From: Thraustochytrium aureum
Lineage: Eukaryota
Direction of reading: 5' to 3'
Length of the DNA stretch: 64,000 nucleotides
Assembly: GCA_012862495.1 (NCBI GenBank)
Contig: BLSG01000325.1
Span: 1-64,000 of the forward strand
Each line of letters starts with the position of its first letter. Position 1 is the first letter of the stretch. The notes below the pieces were generated by a model. The model was not told where the DNA came from. It made no database searches and worked only from the letters and a program-made list of their open reading frames with translations. The translations under genes were made by a program, and so were the position numbers. Shown one piece after another: positions 34,266 to 47,336 of the stretch.

Positions 34266-37200
34266 TTTGACCTTGCATGTGAAGCCCGCCCAACTGACCA
34301 TCCGCCACGTGCGTGCNNNNNNNNNNNNNNNNNNNNNNNNNNNNNNNNNNNNNNNNNNNNNNNNNNNNNNNNNNNNNNNNNNNNNNNNNNNNNNNNNNNN
34401 NNNNNNNNNNNNNNNNNNNNNNNNNNNNNNNNNNNNNNNNNNNNNNNNNNNNNNNNNNNNNNNNNNNNNNNNNNNNNNNNNNNNNNNNNNNNNNNNNNNN
34501 NNNNNNNNNNNNNNNNNNNNNNNNNNNNNNNNNNNNNNNNNNNNNNNNNNNGGTGAGGGTTGGGCTGGCGCCCTTGTGGTGGTGGTGGAGGTGGTGCACC
34601 AACCAACCCTTCTGGCCCTGTTTGATTGAAATTGGGCGTTGGCAAGCCGCCCTCTTTGCGGAGGAAACACACCCGCACAAGGGTCAGTTGCACAAGCGAC
34701 TTTTGGCCTTTCTATCGATCCCCAGGTCATCGTGATCAAAGTCGTCACTGACGCTTCGTGCCATTGTACAGCCCCAACGTAGCGCCTACGGTCGCGGTGT
34801 TAGTCTGGGCACGGCATGTAGGTTTGCAACGATTTTACTCTCTCTCAGCCTCTCACGAGGCAGGTTCCGCTCTCGGCCGTGTTTGCACGAACGTTCCGAA
34901 CCGCCAAACTTGGCCATGGCGAATCGGGGAGCTTGCAGCTTCGCCGTGCAACAGCACACATCTTGTCCAGCGAGGCGCATCTCGGAGGCTGAATCCAGGT
35001 TGAGTGACATCATGATTCACGATCGACATACCTACAGCTCATCTTCTATTTGAACCGAACGGCCTCTCTAGAGCCTCTCTGTGCCCGTTCGCCATCCCCA
35101 ATGTCATCACAAAGAGGCGACCACGACGACTTGCAGCCAAAGCTGCAAGAGGAAAGACGCTAAGCTTGTTTCCTATTCGAGCAAGCCAGCCAACTTGGAC
35201 CGTCAGTTTGGGGAGAAACAAACGAAGGGCGATCGAAAACGCAATCGCGTCGCCGTTTCACAGCATCAGAATTCAGAATGCCGCCCAACCCGACCGGCAG
35301 CAGCATCGCAGAGCGCCCTCGCTGAAACCCCAACCAAAAGTCAGCATTTTACCGTTTCGCCCGTTACGAGCGGGAGACGGTTCGGACCAGACCGGATGGA
35401 CGCAACCGTCGACGCACCCATGCTCCCCCAGAGAAACCTGGCGCTCTCTGCAGCGCTTGCGCGTTGCCGACCCAACCAGGTCATTCGGTTGCAATGGGGG
35501 CTGATGAGTCGACGACCGCGGATGGCTCCTTCCCTCCTGGTGGCGTTTGCCAAATGATCCGAAGCACGAGCATCTTGGTCGTGGAAGCGAAATGCGCTCG
35601 CTACCTGTCATCAGAAGAGCGAGCGACCCAAGAGGGTTGGTTGCCTTGGTATGCTCTGACCAACCATGCCGGCCACCCGTGGACGGTTATGCGACATCGA
35701 TCGCCAGACAAAAACCACCCCAAAACTACGCTGCCCTGCTACTTGCCTGAACCACTCGGCCCGTTTGACGAGGCGCATGGCACTCGCTCAAACGTCCACC
35801 GCTCAAGCCATGCGTGGCTGTGGTCGCGTGCGCTCTTGGCCGCGTGGGTGTTTGTGACGTCGCGGAAACCTCTAGCCTTCGCAGAGGCAAAGGCGGCTCT
35901 CATCAGTGGAGGAGGGGGTCTTGTCGTTTTCAATCGGCCGGTGAAAGGACGGTCCGGTATCCCTCACAAACGCCCAAGATAGGCAGCGCGGATGAGACCG
36001 GCTTCATTCAGCTCGACCTCTTCTCGCGGTTTGATAGCGAGCGGTTGGTCCAAGGCGGATGGGACGGCCCCTCTTTCCTTGCCTGATTGGGGCTCGAGCA
36101 ACGTCCGTCAAAGTCCGCCAAGGGCAGCCAACGCGTTGCTTCTGGGCATTCGTTTCTCTGCGTGCCGCGATGCGTGCTGCAGCGCTGGGCAGACGACACC
36201 CGTGGAGCCACGGTCGAGTTGAGCAAGGACGAACCTCCTTGGTGGAAAAAGCAGAAAGGGCAAGGTACTCTAGCTCTAGCTAGTACCCAGTACTCCTGAG
36301 CAAGCCATTGAAAAGGAGCCGAACTGGCCCTCCATGGACGTTGAGGATCGTTTTCCGGCCGTAATCGTTCCTGACACGAAAACGGCCTCCACCGCTCACG
36401 CCTTGCGCAGGGCGCCAGGAGTGAGAGAGAGGCGCCGTGACAGCTTGAGAGAAATCGCATTCTCGCGTCAGCTCGTCGGCATGAAGGCGCTGGTGGCCCG
36501 GCCTGGCCAGCTGTGACGTTTCGTGTCTGTCGTTGCTCTGCTGTGCCAGCAAACGTTGCCGCTCCGACAAGTGGGCCACATTCACACTCACCGCGCAACC
36601 GTGGGACGCCGTGTGGAGAGGGAGGGAAGGGAGCCCGACTTGACTGAGAAAGCTCAAGTTCAGTTCGTGAGAAACGTGCTGCATCCACAACCAGCTGGCA
36701 AGTGTCTTTCAGCTCGATCATGCACGAGTGTCTTGCCAGGTGGAGGGAGGGCTGCCTGCCTGCCGTTGGTCGGTTGATCTCCAGAGGCGGTTGGGCGCGA
36801 GCGCGTGTTCGCATGTGCAAGAGCCGTCGTTTTTGGGACGCTTTCCCGTCGTTTTTCTCCACTCACGCAACGAGTAAAGCAAGCAGGGCTCCAAGTAAGT
36901 ACTCAAGCTAGTAGAGTGCAGCAGAGTAGGTGAAGGCAGGAAGGCAAGAGGCGCGCGAGTCCCACCCCATTCGAGGGGTAAAAAAATAGTACTGATTCCT
37001 CTACTTAGAGTACCTACTCTACGTATCGAAACGAGAAACCAGGTCCACCCAACCGCCGCCCTCACAGCCCCTCCAATGCCGCAAGAGGTTCGTTTTCCGC
37101 TTGATTCTTGAAAGAAGACGCGGGGTTTGGGGCGCTGCGATCTGGTCAGCGAAACGAGACTGCCGTTGTCGGCAGGCCGCGCTCCAGCACCGCCAACACT

Positions 37201-37989
37201 GCCGGCAGCGCAACGACCAACGTGAAGCATGCGAATGGCGCGAGTAGATGGGCGAGCAGAGTGCTCAGGCCCCTCCGCCCGTTCCCTTCGATTGGGCGCC
37301 TTCACGGTTTCTGCTGTGGATTCCAATCTCTCTCGACGGGAAGGATGGATCGCCGGCGCTTACACACGACAGAACAGTGAGTGTCCAAGCCTTCGTTCGT
37401 AGCCCCAACTCATCGATGCGCACCGTTGAGACGCGGGAGCGCAGGGCCTGCACGCCTTTCCAACGCTAGCTAGCGTCAAACGATGCTGCCGACACCGAGT
37501 TGTGCCTTGTCCTCCTACTCGGAGGGAGCCAAGGAATCTACCACCCACTCGAGCAGGTTTCGTCTCAGGGCGCTGCTCTCACCCTCGCCATGGCACCGCG
37601 CCTTTCAGGTGAGCGGCGCCGCCGACCGCTGAACGACGAGCTCCAGCAGCACCTACTTTCCACGGGCAGGCGTTGCCGCCAGCGCCTGGCCCGAGTGGGG
37701 AACAGGGAGGGTTGGTTTTCCATTCAACTCCTGTCGAGGCGAGATGCTCAACGGGGCCATGGGACGGCAAAGACTGGCAGAGGCCCCTCTCCCGTGCACG
37801 GGGCGGGACGTGCCCAGCACTCCGAGCTGCTCTGCTGAGCGCAGGCCGAAGCAAGTAGAGTGAGTGCTCTTGAGCCTTNNNNNNNNNNNNNNNNNNNNNN
37901 NNNNNNNNNNNNNNNNNNNNNNNNNNNNNNNNNNNNNNNNNNNNNNNNNNNNNNNNNNNNNNNCTCAGTCTGTCTGTCCTCGCTGCCCT

Positions 37990-37991
37990 GG

Positions 37992-38059
<68 letters not shown>

Positions 38060-38060
38060 C
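37990..38060. repeat. (CAGG)n tetranucleotide microsatellite
   Basis: About 17 perfect GCAG/CAGG units. Confidence 0.95.
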
Positions 38061-38815
38061 CCAGAGGCGAGCGAACGGAGGCGAGCGAGCGGAGGCGCGG
38101 CTTGGACGCATGCGCTCTCTCTCCGTACGGCCAGAGCGGGACGAGCGAGCGCGCTGATTTCTCGCGTAGTGAGTACTGGTTTGTCCCGCCTCTCCTCCGA
38201 GCCGAGTGGGTTGATCCTGAAAATCGCGATGCCTCTGAAGACCTGGCCCTCTCTGTCGCCTTATTCCTGTCCCAGGCTGGGTGGCGAACATGCATTCCTC
38301 CATCAAACAAAAGCGACGAGCGCCGTGGCCTTCGTTCTCTCCATTCACTCGCCCTCACGCTGGGCGCGCGGGCTATCGTTGTCCTCTGCGCGCGCTCTTG
38401 GCAGCAGCGCGCGCAGAAACGAGCCCGATACGGGAGAGGAGAGGGGGCTCGTAACGATCGATCGAAAGTGAGGTTGGAGATGAATGAATAGGCTGGCGGA
38501 TTGACAGATTGGCAGATAGATGAGTTGATCGACAGAAAGACCCGCGCGCCGTGTCTTTTTTCTGTATTCGCCACCCCTCTCTGTCGTTTGTGACGAGACG
38601 CTCCCTCTCGGCCGGCCCATGCTCTCGTGTTTCGAGCTCCGTTTGCTTGGTTCTACTGTAATCTTCTGTTGTTGGTTTGCTTTGCCTCCTCCATCTTCTT
38701 CTCCTGAGGCCCTTCCTTCCTTGTTGGCTCATTCACAGACGCTCGAGCCGCAGCCCAGCAGACCAGCAACGTAGCTTGGCGCTCGAATACCTCAACTTGA
38801 AGACGGCCCCAAGCG

Positions 38816-40024
38816 GTGGAATCCACACCAGCAGCTCGAGCAGCAGAGCCGAGCAAGCCCGGCAGGGCCAGCGAAAACCGCCGCTCCCGTACCTGGGACA
38901 GCACCCGAGGCGCCCGCCACCTGGAAAACGGCGCGACGGCGCGAGCGAACAAGAGCATGATGGTCAACTCTGCCGCTGCGCTCTCTCCAACAGAGCGGCC
39001 TGCCAAAGAAAATGCGCAAGAGCAAGCGAGCGCAGTAAACGACAGCCAACCGGCGATGATCAAGCTCGTCAAGGCCTCGACGAAAGCAAACCTGTCCGAG
39101 TTCGACGCCGACGAGGCGGCCAAGGCGCTCGAAGACCGCCGCCTCCGCCGCGCGATCAATAACGACCGCCGCGTGCCGCCGCGCGACATGAAGCGGCTCA
39201 AGCGCAAGACCAAGTACGCCGTTACCGACATCGACGAGTGGGGCGGCCGCCTCGTGCTCGTCCTCGTAAACCCGGACGACAAGGCCGACACGGGCCGCTA
39301 CAAGCTTCCCACCGCCTACTCGAACGTCGACTGCCACGTCGGGGACAAGGTGCAGCTCCTCTCCACTGGCTTTAGCCAGTCGCGCAACCTCGTCGCCCAG
39401 CACGTCCTCATCGAGGACAACCAAGGGATCCCACGCCACGTCCCCCCGGCAGACGAGCCCGTCCTGCGCGGCGACAAGCGCAAGCGCGCTGCCGGCGCCG
39501 GCCCTGGAAACAAAAAGCGGATCAAGTCTCCCGAGGGCTTCCTGTTGCCTAGCGGGGCACGCGTTCCATTTGGTGTGCCGCAGCAACCGTTCGGCACGCA
39601 CGGCTCGACCACGATGCTCCAAAGCCCCAACATGCGCATGTCCTTTGATGGCCAGCGCACTGACATGCACAAGATTGGGCTCGGCTCGGGGATCAGCCCA
39701 CTCTTGCTCAACACACTCAACATGAACGCCACGTTCCTCACCAGCGCGAGCCGCATGGGCCTCGACTTCAACTCGGCTCTCGCGACGCTCTCCCGCACGG
39801 CGAGCTCCGAGTCTGCGGCCAGCACCAGCAAACCGTCGCGGCTCACGTCCGAGACCTCCTCAAACGGTTCGAGCCCGACCGCGACACAGCTCGCAGAAGT
39901 CAACGCCGCGTCGGCGATGAGCGCCATGAAGCACATTGAGGCGCTTTCCAGCCTTATTGGCAAGTCCGCCAACCGGTCTGGCTTCACGCTGCACTACCCT
40001 TACATGCCCTCCTCCACGTCCTGA
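38816..40024 (+). CDS. Hypothetical protein: compact ~100-aa globular domain, basic NLS-like segment and S/T/M-rich low-complexity tail
   Basis: Long ORF with strong GC3 codon bias in the core (39050-39550); bipartite NLS-like KRKR...NKKRIK; no family recognised. The real start may be a downstream ATG (38957). Confidence 0.7.
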   Translation: MESTPAARAAEPSKPGRASENRRSRTWDSTRGARHLENGATARANKSMMVNSAAALSPTERPAKENAQEQASAVNDSQPAMIKLVKASTKANLSEFDADEAAKALEDRRLRRAINNDRRVPPRDMKRLKRKTKYAVTDIDEWGGRLVLVLVNPDDKADTGRYKLPTAYSNVDCHVGDKVQLLSTGFSQSRNLVAQHVLIEDNQGIPRHVPPADEPVLRGDKRKRAAGAGPGNKKRIKSPEGFLLPSGARVPFGVPQQPFGTHGSTTMLQSPNMRMSFDGQRTDMHKIGLGSGISPLLLNTLNMNATFLTSASRMGLDFNSALATLSRTASSESAASTSKPSRLTSETSSNGSSPTATQLAEVNAASAMSAMKHIEALSSLIGKSANRSGFTLHYPYMPSSTS

Positions 40025-40413
40025 GTGCGCGAGCCGCCTTTCGCCCGAGACTGCGAGCAAACACGGCTTGCAAACCACACACCCTGAACCTGACAAAACA
40101 CAACCAACGGCGCAGCCCTCGCGAAATGCGACCGCTGTGCGCCTGCGCGCCGGCCGGCGGCCACCCTCCTAAATGCCAGGAGCGACCGGCCTGCTCCATG
40201 CAGCGAGTAAACCATAGATTGACCACCACCGTAGCGAGGCCGAGTAGCCAAACCGACCTGGGGCTCTGGCTGCGGCTGGAACTGCTTTTTTTGTGTTCAA
40301 TCGTTTTCTTTGTTTCCCGCGCACGCGATGCAATCGCTGTATTGGGGACCAAGCAGTAGACAAAATCCAACAAGAACGAGTGTTTCCATGTCATCAATCA
40401 CACGCCCGTTCAA

Positions 40414-43166
40414 TCAAGGCGACGAGGCTAACCAGGTCGCCCGACTACTTGCACGGTGCGCTTGCACCTCCGTGAGCCACAGCGCAAGTCGCGCACAAGC
40501 CTCCCAAACCCGGGCACCACGTTGTTGGCCGAGTGCAAGCGGGCTGCCGCAAGCAGCTCAAAGTCGCGGTCTACTTGCCCCTCGGCAAGCTTGGGGCAGC
40601 CAAAGTCGTCGTCCAGCTCCGCCACCTCGACCACCGGGATAAAACTGTGCGAGCCAGGCAGAGGCATGCACCCAACCAAGANNNNNNNNNNNNNNNNNNN
40701 NNNNNNNNNNNNNNNNNNNNNNNNNNNNNNNNNNNNNNNNNNNNNNNNNNNNNNNNNNNNNNNNNNNNNNNNNNNNNNNNNNNNNNNNNNNNNNNNNNNN
40801 NNNNNNNNNNNNNNNNNNNNNNNNNNNNNNNNNNNNNNNNNNNNNNNNNNNNNNNNNNNNNNNNNNNNNNNNNNNNNNNNNNNNNNNNNNNNNNNNNNNN
40901 NNNNNNNNNNNNNNNNNNNNNNNNNNNNNNNNNNNNNNNNNNNNNNNNNNNNNNNNNNNNNNNNNNNNNNNNNNNNNNNNNNNNNNNNNNNNNNNNNNNN
41001 NNNNNNNNNNNNNNNNNNNNNNNNNNNNNNNNNNNNNNNNNNNNNNNNNNNNNNNNNNNNNNNNNNNNNNNNNNNNNNNNNNNNNNNNNNNNNNNNNNNN
41101 NNNNNNNNNNNNNNNNNNNNNNNNNNNNNNNNNNNNNNNNNNNNNNNNNNNNNNNNNNNNNNNNNNNNNNNNNNNNNNNNNNNNNNNNNNNNNNNNNNNN
41201 NNNNNNNNNNNNNNNNNNNNNNNNNNNNNNNNNNNNNNNNNNNNNNNNNNNNNNNNNNNNNNNNNNNNNNNNNNNNNNNNNNNNNNNNNNNNNNNNNNNN
41301 NNNNNNNNNNNNNNNNNNNNNNNNNNNNNNNNNNNNNNNNNNNNNNNNNNNNNNNNNNNNNNNNNNNNNNNNNNNNNNNNNNNAAGGGTAAATTGGCGGC
41401 TCGAAGGCGGCATAACAACGAAAACCACGAGGCACTGGCGCGCCTGGGCTGACGAGTACCGTTGCCGCAGCTCGGTGCCCCGGCCGCCCCTGCTCGACGA
41501 GCCTGGCGTCGCCCGCACGAGCATCGGATTGCTGGAGCGTCGCATTGGCGTTCGCATTATCGGCGATGGTGAGCCCTGCCCCCCGCCCCCGCCACCGCGC
41601 GACAACGACGCGTCGCTGCTATTTGCGCCATCCCCACGCCCGGCACTGCCAAGTGCGCTACTCTCGTCAGCTGGGCCGAACGTTTGGTGCCGAAGCACAT
41701 CGCTCAAGATCTCGGTGACTTGGTCAACGTCCCTTTCCAAAAGGGCGCCCAAGGCCACCGTGCGCACCGCTTTCTCGCGCCGCACGAGGACACCAAAGTT
41801 GGAGACGTCAAAGATAGCGCTAAGCTCTTTGAACAAGTGTGGGTCGGTCCGCGCGGCGGCACGTGCCACGTCTGAGCCATCATTTGCGACCCCCACAACG
41901 TCGTAATCGCACCCTGCAAAGTAGTTTGCCACCGGCTCCAGGTGGGCAAACTCCCACTCTGGAATTATCTGCGGCGGGATCGAGATGCGCTCGTCCTCAT
42001 ACCCGACGATCAAGCGCGCCGGCCCTTGCGCCCTTTCGCTCTGTGCGGGTCTTGCACTCAGCTTTGGCGTCGTTGCCATGCTGCGCTCTTCCAGGCTGTC
42101 CACCGCACCTGGCGTGCCCGCTACGGCATCGCCGCTCAACTCGACAGAGTACCTCGCCAGAATGCGCGACGGCACGCCGCCCACCTGACCGTCGCACAAG
42201 CTCGATATCCCAGTCAGCTCCGAGTTGTACCGCTGCTCTGCGGAGCCCCAGTCCTCCTCGAAGATGCTGAGTCCACCCCGAGCGATGGCGATGGCCTCCT
42301 CTGCGAGACAGCGCACGAGGCCCTCATGTCCTTGGATTGTCTCGTTCGCGAAGTAACCGCTGTCCACAAAGTACCTCGCGCCTGGCCCAGCACCGGCGGC
42401 GTCCCCGCTGTTTGTAAAGGGCTCGCCGTCCCCCTCGCCGGCTTGCTCCTGCGCATCGCAAGCGAGGTCAGCGGCAGGCGTCTCCGCCGCCTTGGGCCGA
42501 CCGCCCTGCACCGGCCCCGGGGTCCAAGGGGCGCTGGCGGGGACATAATTCAAGTGTGGCCGATACGCCACGGTGCTCGTGCCTGGTGCATACTCTGGAA
42601 CCTTGGGCACCACGTCGATGGCCTTCTTGCGCGAAAACGTGCTTGCAAAGCGCGTGTCACGCCAGTCAAAAAGGCAAGCCGGCGCGTTCGGCAAGGTTGG
42701 CAGCGCGCTGCGCTTGCCCTTTGGCACGCAGCGCGCCGCGGTCGACAGGCGCGCTTCAAGCTCGGCAGAGAGCGCCTCGCCAACCTTTGCAGGTTCCCCT
42801 TCACCAGACACTGTACTCGCCGCCGAGGAGCTCGACGACTGGCCCGTGCCCCGCCTCCGCCGCTTGCGCAGGGCCAGCAACATGTCTTCCGCCGAGGGCT
42901 GTACCCCGCTCTCGCTGCTCGACACGCTGCGGTCGCTCTGCGCCCTGCCCGCTCCGCCGTCTCTTCTCCCGTCGTCCGCGTCCTCGCTGTCCCCGGCTGC
43001 CAGGAGGCTCTCAAACTCGCTGCCGCGGAAGAAGACCAGGTCTCTGTGGGCTGCGAGCTCGCGCTCCAGGCGTTCCATCGCGCGCTTTCTCCGAGACGCA
43101 AGATCCTCTCCCTCCTCTGCCGGGCTGGCTTCCCCGGCCTGCTCCCAGCCTCGCGCGGCCGTATCG
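40414..43166 (-). CDS. MED13: Divergent Mediator subunit 13 (MID/medPIWI module); two gaps, probable terminal frameshift
   Basis: RLIVGYEDERISIPPQIIPEWEFAHLEP...YDVVGV...LFKELSAIFDVSNFG resembles the Med13 MID motif LLVGY...ISP..LP.WE...LEP...FF.DLSAVYE.C.LG; downstream CLVVFVVMP resembles Med13 VVIYIVDP. The 5' end lies in or beyond the gap. Confidence 0.65.
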
Positions 43167-44010
43167 NNNNNNNNNNNNNNNNNNNNNNNNNNNNNNNNNN
43201 NNNNNNNNNNNNNNNNNNNNNNNNNNNNNNNNNNNNNNNNNNNNNNNNNNNNNNNNNNNNNNNNNNNNNNNNNNNNNNNNNNNNNNNNNNNNNNNNNNNN
43301 NNNNNNNNNNNNNNNNNNNNNNNNNNNNNNNNNNNNNNNNNNNNNNNNNNNNNNNNNNNNNNNNNNNNNNNNNNNNNNNNNNNNNNNNNNNNNNNNNNNN
43401 NNNNNNNNNNNNNNNNNNNNNNNNNNNNNNNNNNNNNNNNNNNNNNNNNNNNNNNNNNNNNNNNNNNNNNNNNNNNNNNNNNNNNNNNNNNNNNNNNNNN
43501 NNNNNNNNNNNNNNNNNNNNNNNNNNNNNNNNNNNNNNNNNNNNNNNNNNNNNNNNNNNNNNNNNNNNNNNNNNNNNNNNNNNNNNNNNNNNNNNNNNNN
43601 NNNNNNNNNNNNNNNNNNNNNNNNNNNNNNNNNNNNNNNNNNNNNNNNNNNNNNNNNNNNNNNNNNNNNNNNNNNNNNNNNNNNNNNNNNNNNNNNNNNN
43701 NNNNNNNNNNNNNNNNNNNNNNNNNNNNNNNNNNNNNNNNNNNNNNNNNNNNNNNNNNNNNNNNNNNNNNNNNNNNNNNNNNNNNNNNNNNNNNNNNNNN
43801 NNNNNNNNGGTGCTTCTTGCGTTGCTTTTGCGGGTGGCTTTATAGCGGGCTGTAGAGCCGTTCGGTGCGTTTACATGTGGTGGGTGCGTGCCTCGACGAG
43901 TTGCATGCGACTGGGCGACAGACGGGGTGGCGCGAAGAGCGCGTTGCTGGTCCGTGGCGAGGTCAGCTGACGGCCAACGACCGATCAGGAGCCCAGTGCC
44001 CTAGGACACG

Positions 44011-47000
44011 ATGGCGGACCTGCTGATGAGGATTGACAACAGGTCGGTGAAGAAACTGCAAAAGAAATTCAAACACGAGCAGTGGCTCCCGCTCGAACGA
44101 TTTGTCGAGATCATCTGCGAGCACGTGGGCGACGTGCAAAGGCGGTTCGATGCAAGCAAGGCGGTCGGGGACAAGCGCGTTGACGACGAGCGGTGCGAGA
44201 GCAGCGAACGCCCAGAAGGTGTGGACCCGCGCTTGGTTGAGCAGGCCATCGAGCTGTTCAAACAGATCGACGCCAACGGCGACGGCCAAGTGGATTGGCC
44301 CGAGTTTAGCGCGTTTATTATCGAGCTGAACAAGACCCAGGAGCTGGTCGACAGCAACTTGCAGCGGCTCCAGATCAAGCACGAGCGCAACGTGCGGTTT
44401 TGTCTGCAGCAGCAACGGGCGCACATCTTTTTCGAGGGGTCGCAATGGGACAACAAGGTGCTCACCGTCGAAGAGCGCTCCGACCAGATCAAAATACACA
44501 CTATCGACAACCGCGGGCTGCGCAACGTCGCTGCCGTCCGCGTGACGTCCAACTTCACCTCGCACGTCGCGATCGCCGGCTGCCTCTTGTCAGGATCAAA
44601 CCAGCTTGTCGTATCCACACGACTCGGTGACACGTTTTTCCTCTCCAGCTTTGAGCTCGGCCAGGTTGTGGCCCAGGTCGAGCAAACCAGAACGATGAGC
44701 GGGCAGCGCCTCCTTCGGTGGCACCCTCGCAGCGAGCTGCTCTGCTCTGCCGGGACGTGCCGCGGGGACGCCAAGGGCTGCGTGATCTCGGTCTTCGAGC
44801 GCCAATCGCGTACGGGCAAGCTCCTTGGCGCGGCCAAGCACCGCCTGGTGTGGCACTACAGACGCATCACGGCGCTCGAGATGCTCACGCACCAGCACCT
44901 AGCTGCTGCCTCGCTCGACGGGTCGGCCAGCATCTGGGACTTGGCCGCTGGCGAGCCACTAGCCGTGCTCAACATGCACGAGACAGGAATTACGGGCTTC
45001 TCCGGCGTCTCGCTCGTCCCGACTGAGGAGGCTGCTTGGTCCTCGTTCTGGGTGCGCGCCAAAGAGGACACTGTCGTGGCTCATGTGGTCTCCCTCCCAA
45101 AGCCGCGCTTTGGGGAAAAGATCTCTGCACCCGAAAAGTCGTGCGCCGTGGTCTGGCACGTCACCGACCGCCACCGCCATGTCGTGGAGAGGGGCAGGCT
45201 GTTGGGCCACCACTTTCCAACGACCTTTGTCAAAATCGAGCCCCTCGAGCGCTACGTGATCACGTGCGACTTTTCTGGCGAGTGCCGGCTATGGAACCCC
45301 ACGGAAGGCTATGCGTGCGTGCAAGTCATTGCGCTACGCGTGTCTGCGCCGCTGTGGGTGTGCAATTGGCTGCTCACCACCGAGTCGGCGCATGGAAGGG
45401 ACCGCATGCTTCGGCTCTGCCGCGCGGACAAGGAGCGCTCTTCAGTGGTGTTTTGCACCTTCAACCAGACCATGTCGTGCGTGGTCACGGCGACCAAAAC
45501 AGAAGTTTACGTCTGGGAGCTGCAAACCAGAAAGCGCGTGCCAATATTGCGCATTTCGCCAGCAGAGCGCCGCGAGATCACTGCGTGCTGCCTGGACGAT
45601 CGTGAGCGCAAACTCATTGTCGGCGACGACCGCGGTGGCGTCGTCGTGTACAACCTCATGAACGGGGCGCGCATCAAGAGCCTTGACCCACACCCGGCCG
45701 GTCTTCCAATAACGGGGCTCCACTTTTGCTCCCAGGACCGCCTCGTCGTCTCCACCTCCTGGGGGGCCTTCTCCACCTTTGCGACGAGGACGACCGGACA
45801 GGCTTTGTTGACGCCAAGCACAGCGTCAAAGTGCGCTCCGTATTCATGACCGACCGGACGCAAGCCTCCTTTGACGTGACTTGCTCGGCGGTTTCATTCC
45901 ACCTCAAGCAGGTCGCGACCTTTTGCGAACGGCGCGAGCGAGCTCCGCGAGCAACTCCGTCGGCCCAACCTCTGGGGATGCAAGAGACCGAAGATGGGCT
46001 GGACGGGGAGACTTGCGAGCTCGCGTGCCCCGACGACCCTGAGTGCAGCCAGGCGCCGAGCTCGAGCCCCAGCGTGGTGTGCGTCTGGGACCTGGAATTT
46101 GCACGTTTGCAAGGCGTCTGTACTGGGGACCCGGAGTCGAGCTTTGTGGAGCTCGAGTACGCCAGCCCAGAGCACCCTCTCCTCGTCGGGCTTGACGCAG
46201 TGCACAAGACCGTATCGCTTTGGTGCACGGTCCCCGACCTCACGCACCGCGGGTTCCAGCGCATCGGCGTTCTCGATTTGAGCGCCTTGGGCCATCTATG
46301 TGCTCTTGAAGCATTCTGTCCCAGGCCAGACCTGCTGGCCCTTTTTCCGGCAACACGCATGGCGCGGTGTGCCGGGTTCCAGGTTCCGATCTCGGTTCGC
46401 CCGCGCGCCGCGCTNNNNNNNNNNNNNNNNNNNNNNNNNNNNNNNNNNNNNNNNNNNNNNNNNNNNNNNNNNNNNNNNNNNNNNNNNNNNNNNNNNNNNN
46501 NNNNNNNNNNNNNNNNNNNNNNNNNNNNNNNNNNNNNNNNNNNNNNNNNNNNNNNNNNNNNNNNNNNNNNNNNNNNNNNNNNNNNNNNNNNNNNNNNNNN
46601 NNNNNNNNNNNNNNNNNNNNNNNNNNNNNNNNNNNNNNNNNNNNNNNNNNNNNNNNNNNNNNNNNNNNNNNNNNNNNNNNNNNNNNNNNNNNNNNNNNNN
46701 NNNNNNNNNNNNNNNNNNNGCCAAGGCCGACGTGTTTCCTCGCCCCACCTCGACATTCTTGGCCCAATCGACATGTCGCGTCTGCAGTCGCTGAGGCAAG
46801 CCGAGGTCAAGTCGCTGTTGCCCGCGATTGACAGTTCTGTTGCGCTGGCCGCGCACGCTCGTGAGGAGGGATCGGAAACAAGCTCGAGTGCGGGCTCGCT
46901 CGCCACCATGTCCTCGGGCCTGCCTTCGCACAGAGGTGCCGCGGCTGAGCGCAACCCTGCCGCGATTCTCTTTGAGCGGCTGCGCAAGCGCCGTGAGGCC

Positions 47001-47336
47001 AAGGCCCCAGCCCAGTTAAGCGTTGGCACCGACGAAGCCGAGGCGGGCGGGCCGGAAGCGGGCGTGGCCGCGCCATTCGACGACCTTGCTGCAAGGCGAC
47101 CGCGCACGACAGGGCTGCCAGCGCGTCCCGAGTCCCCGCTGTGGGGGCCAACCGTCTCGCTCGCCTCTGCGAAGCTGGACGGGAGCCTGCCTCCTGCGCA
47201 TTCGGATTTGGCCTGCAAGCCTCGGCGGCGGCGCGTTACGCGCGTTTCGCTTGCAAGGATACGTCAGCAGCGCGAGTCCGCCTTGCGTTTGAGTAGTTGC
47301 GGCCGGCCAGGGACGGCGCCGTGCCCGGAACCCTGA
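44011..47336 (+). CDS. EF-hand plus WD40 repeat protein (WDR49/EFCAB8/WDR64-like, possibly ciliary); frameshift near 45765, gap
   Basis: LFKQIDANGDGQVDWPEFSAFI EF-hand; WD repeats ASLDGSASIWD and GH...CRLWN; EITACCLDDRERKLIVGDDRGGVVVYNLMNGA. The 3' end is uncertain and may extend to 47626. Confidence 0.8.
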
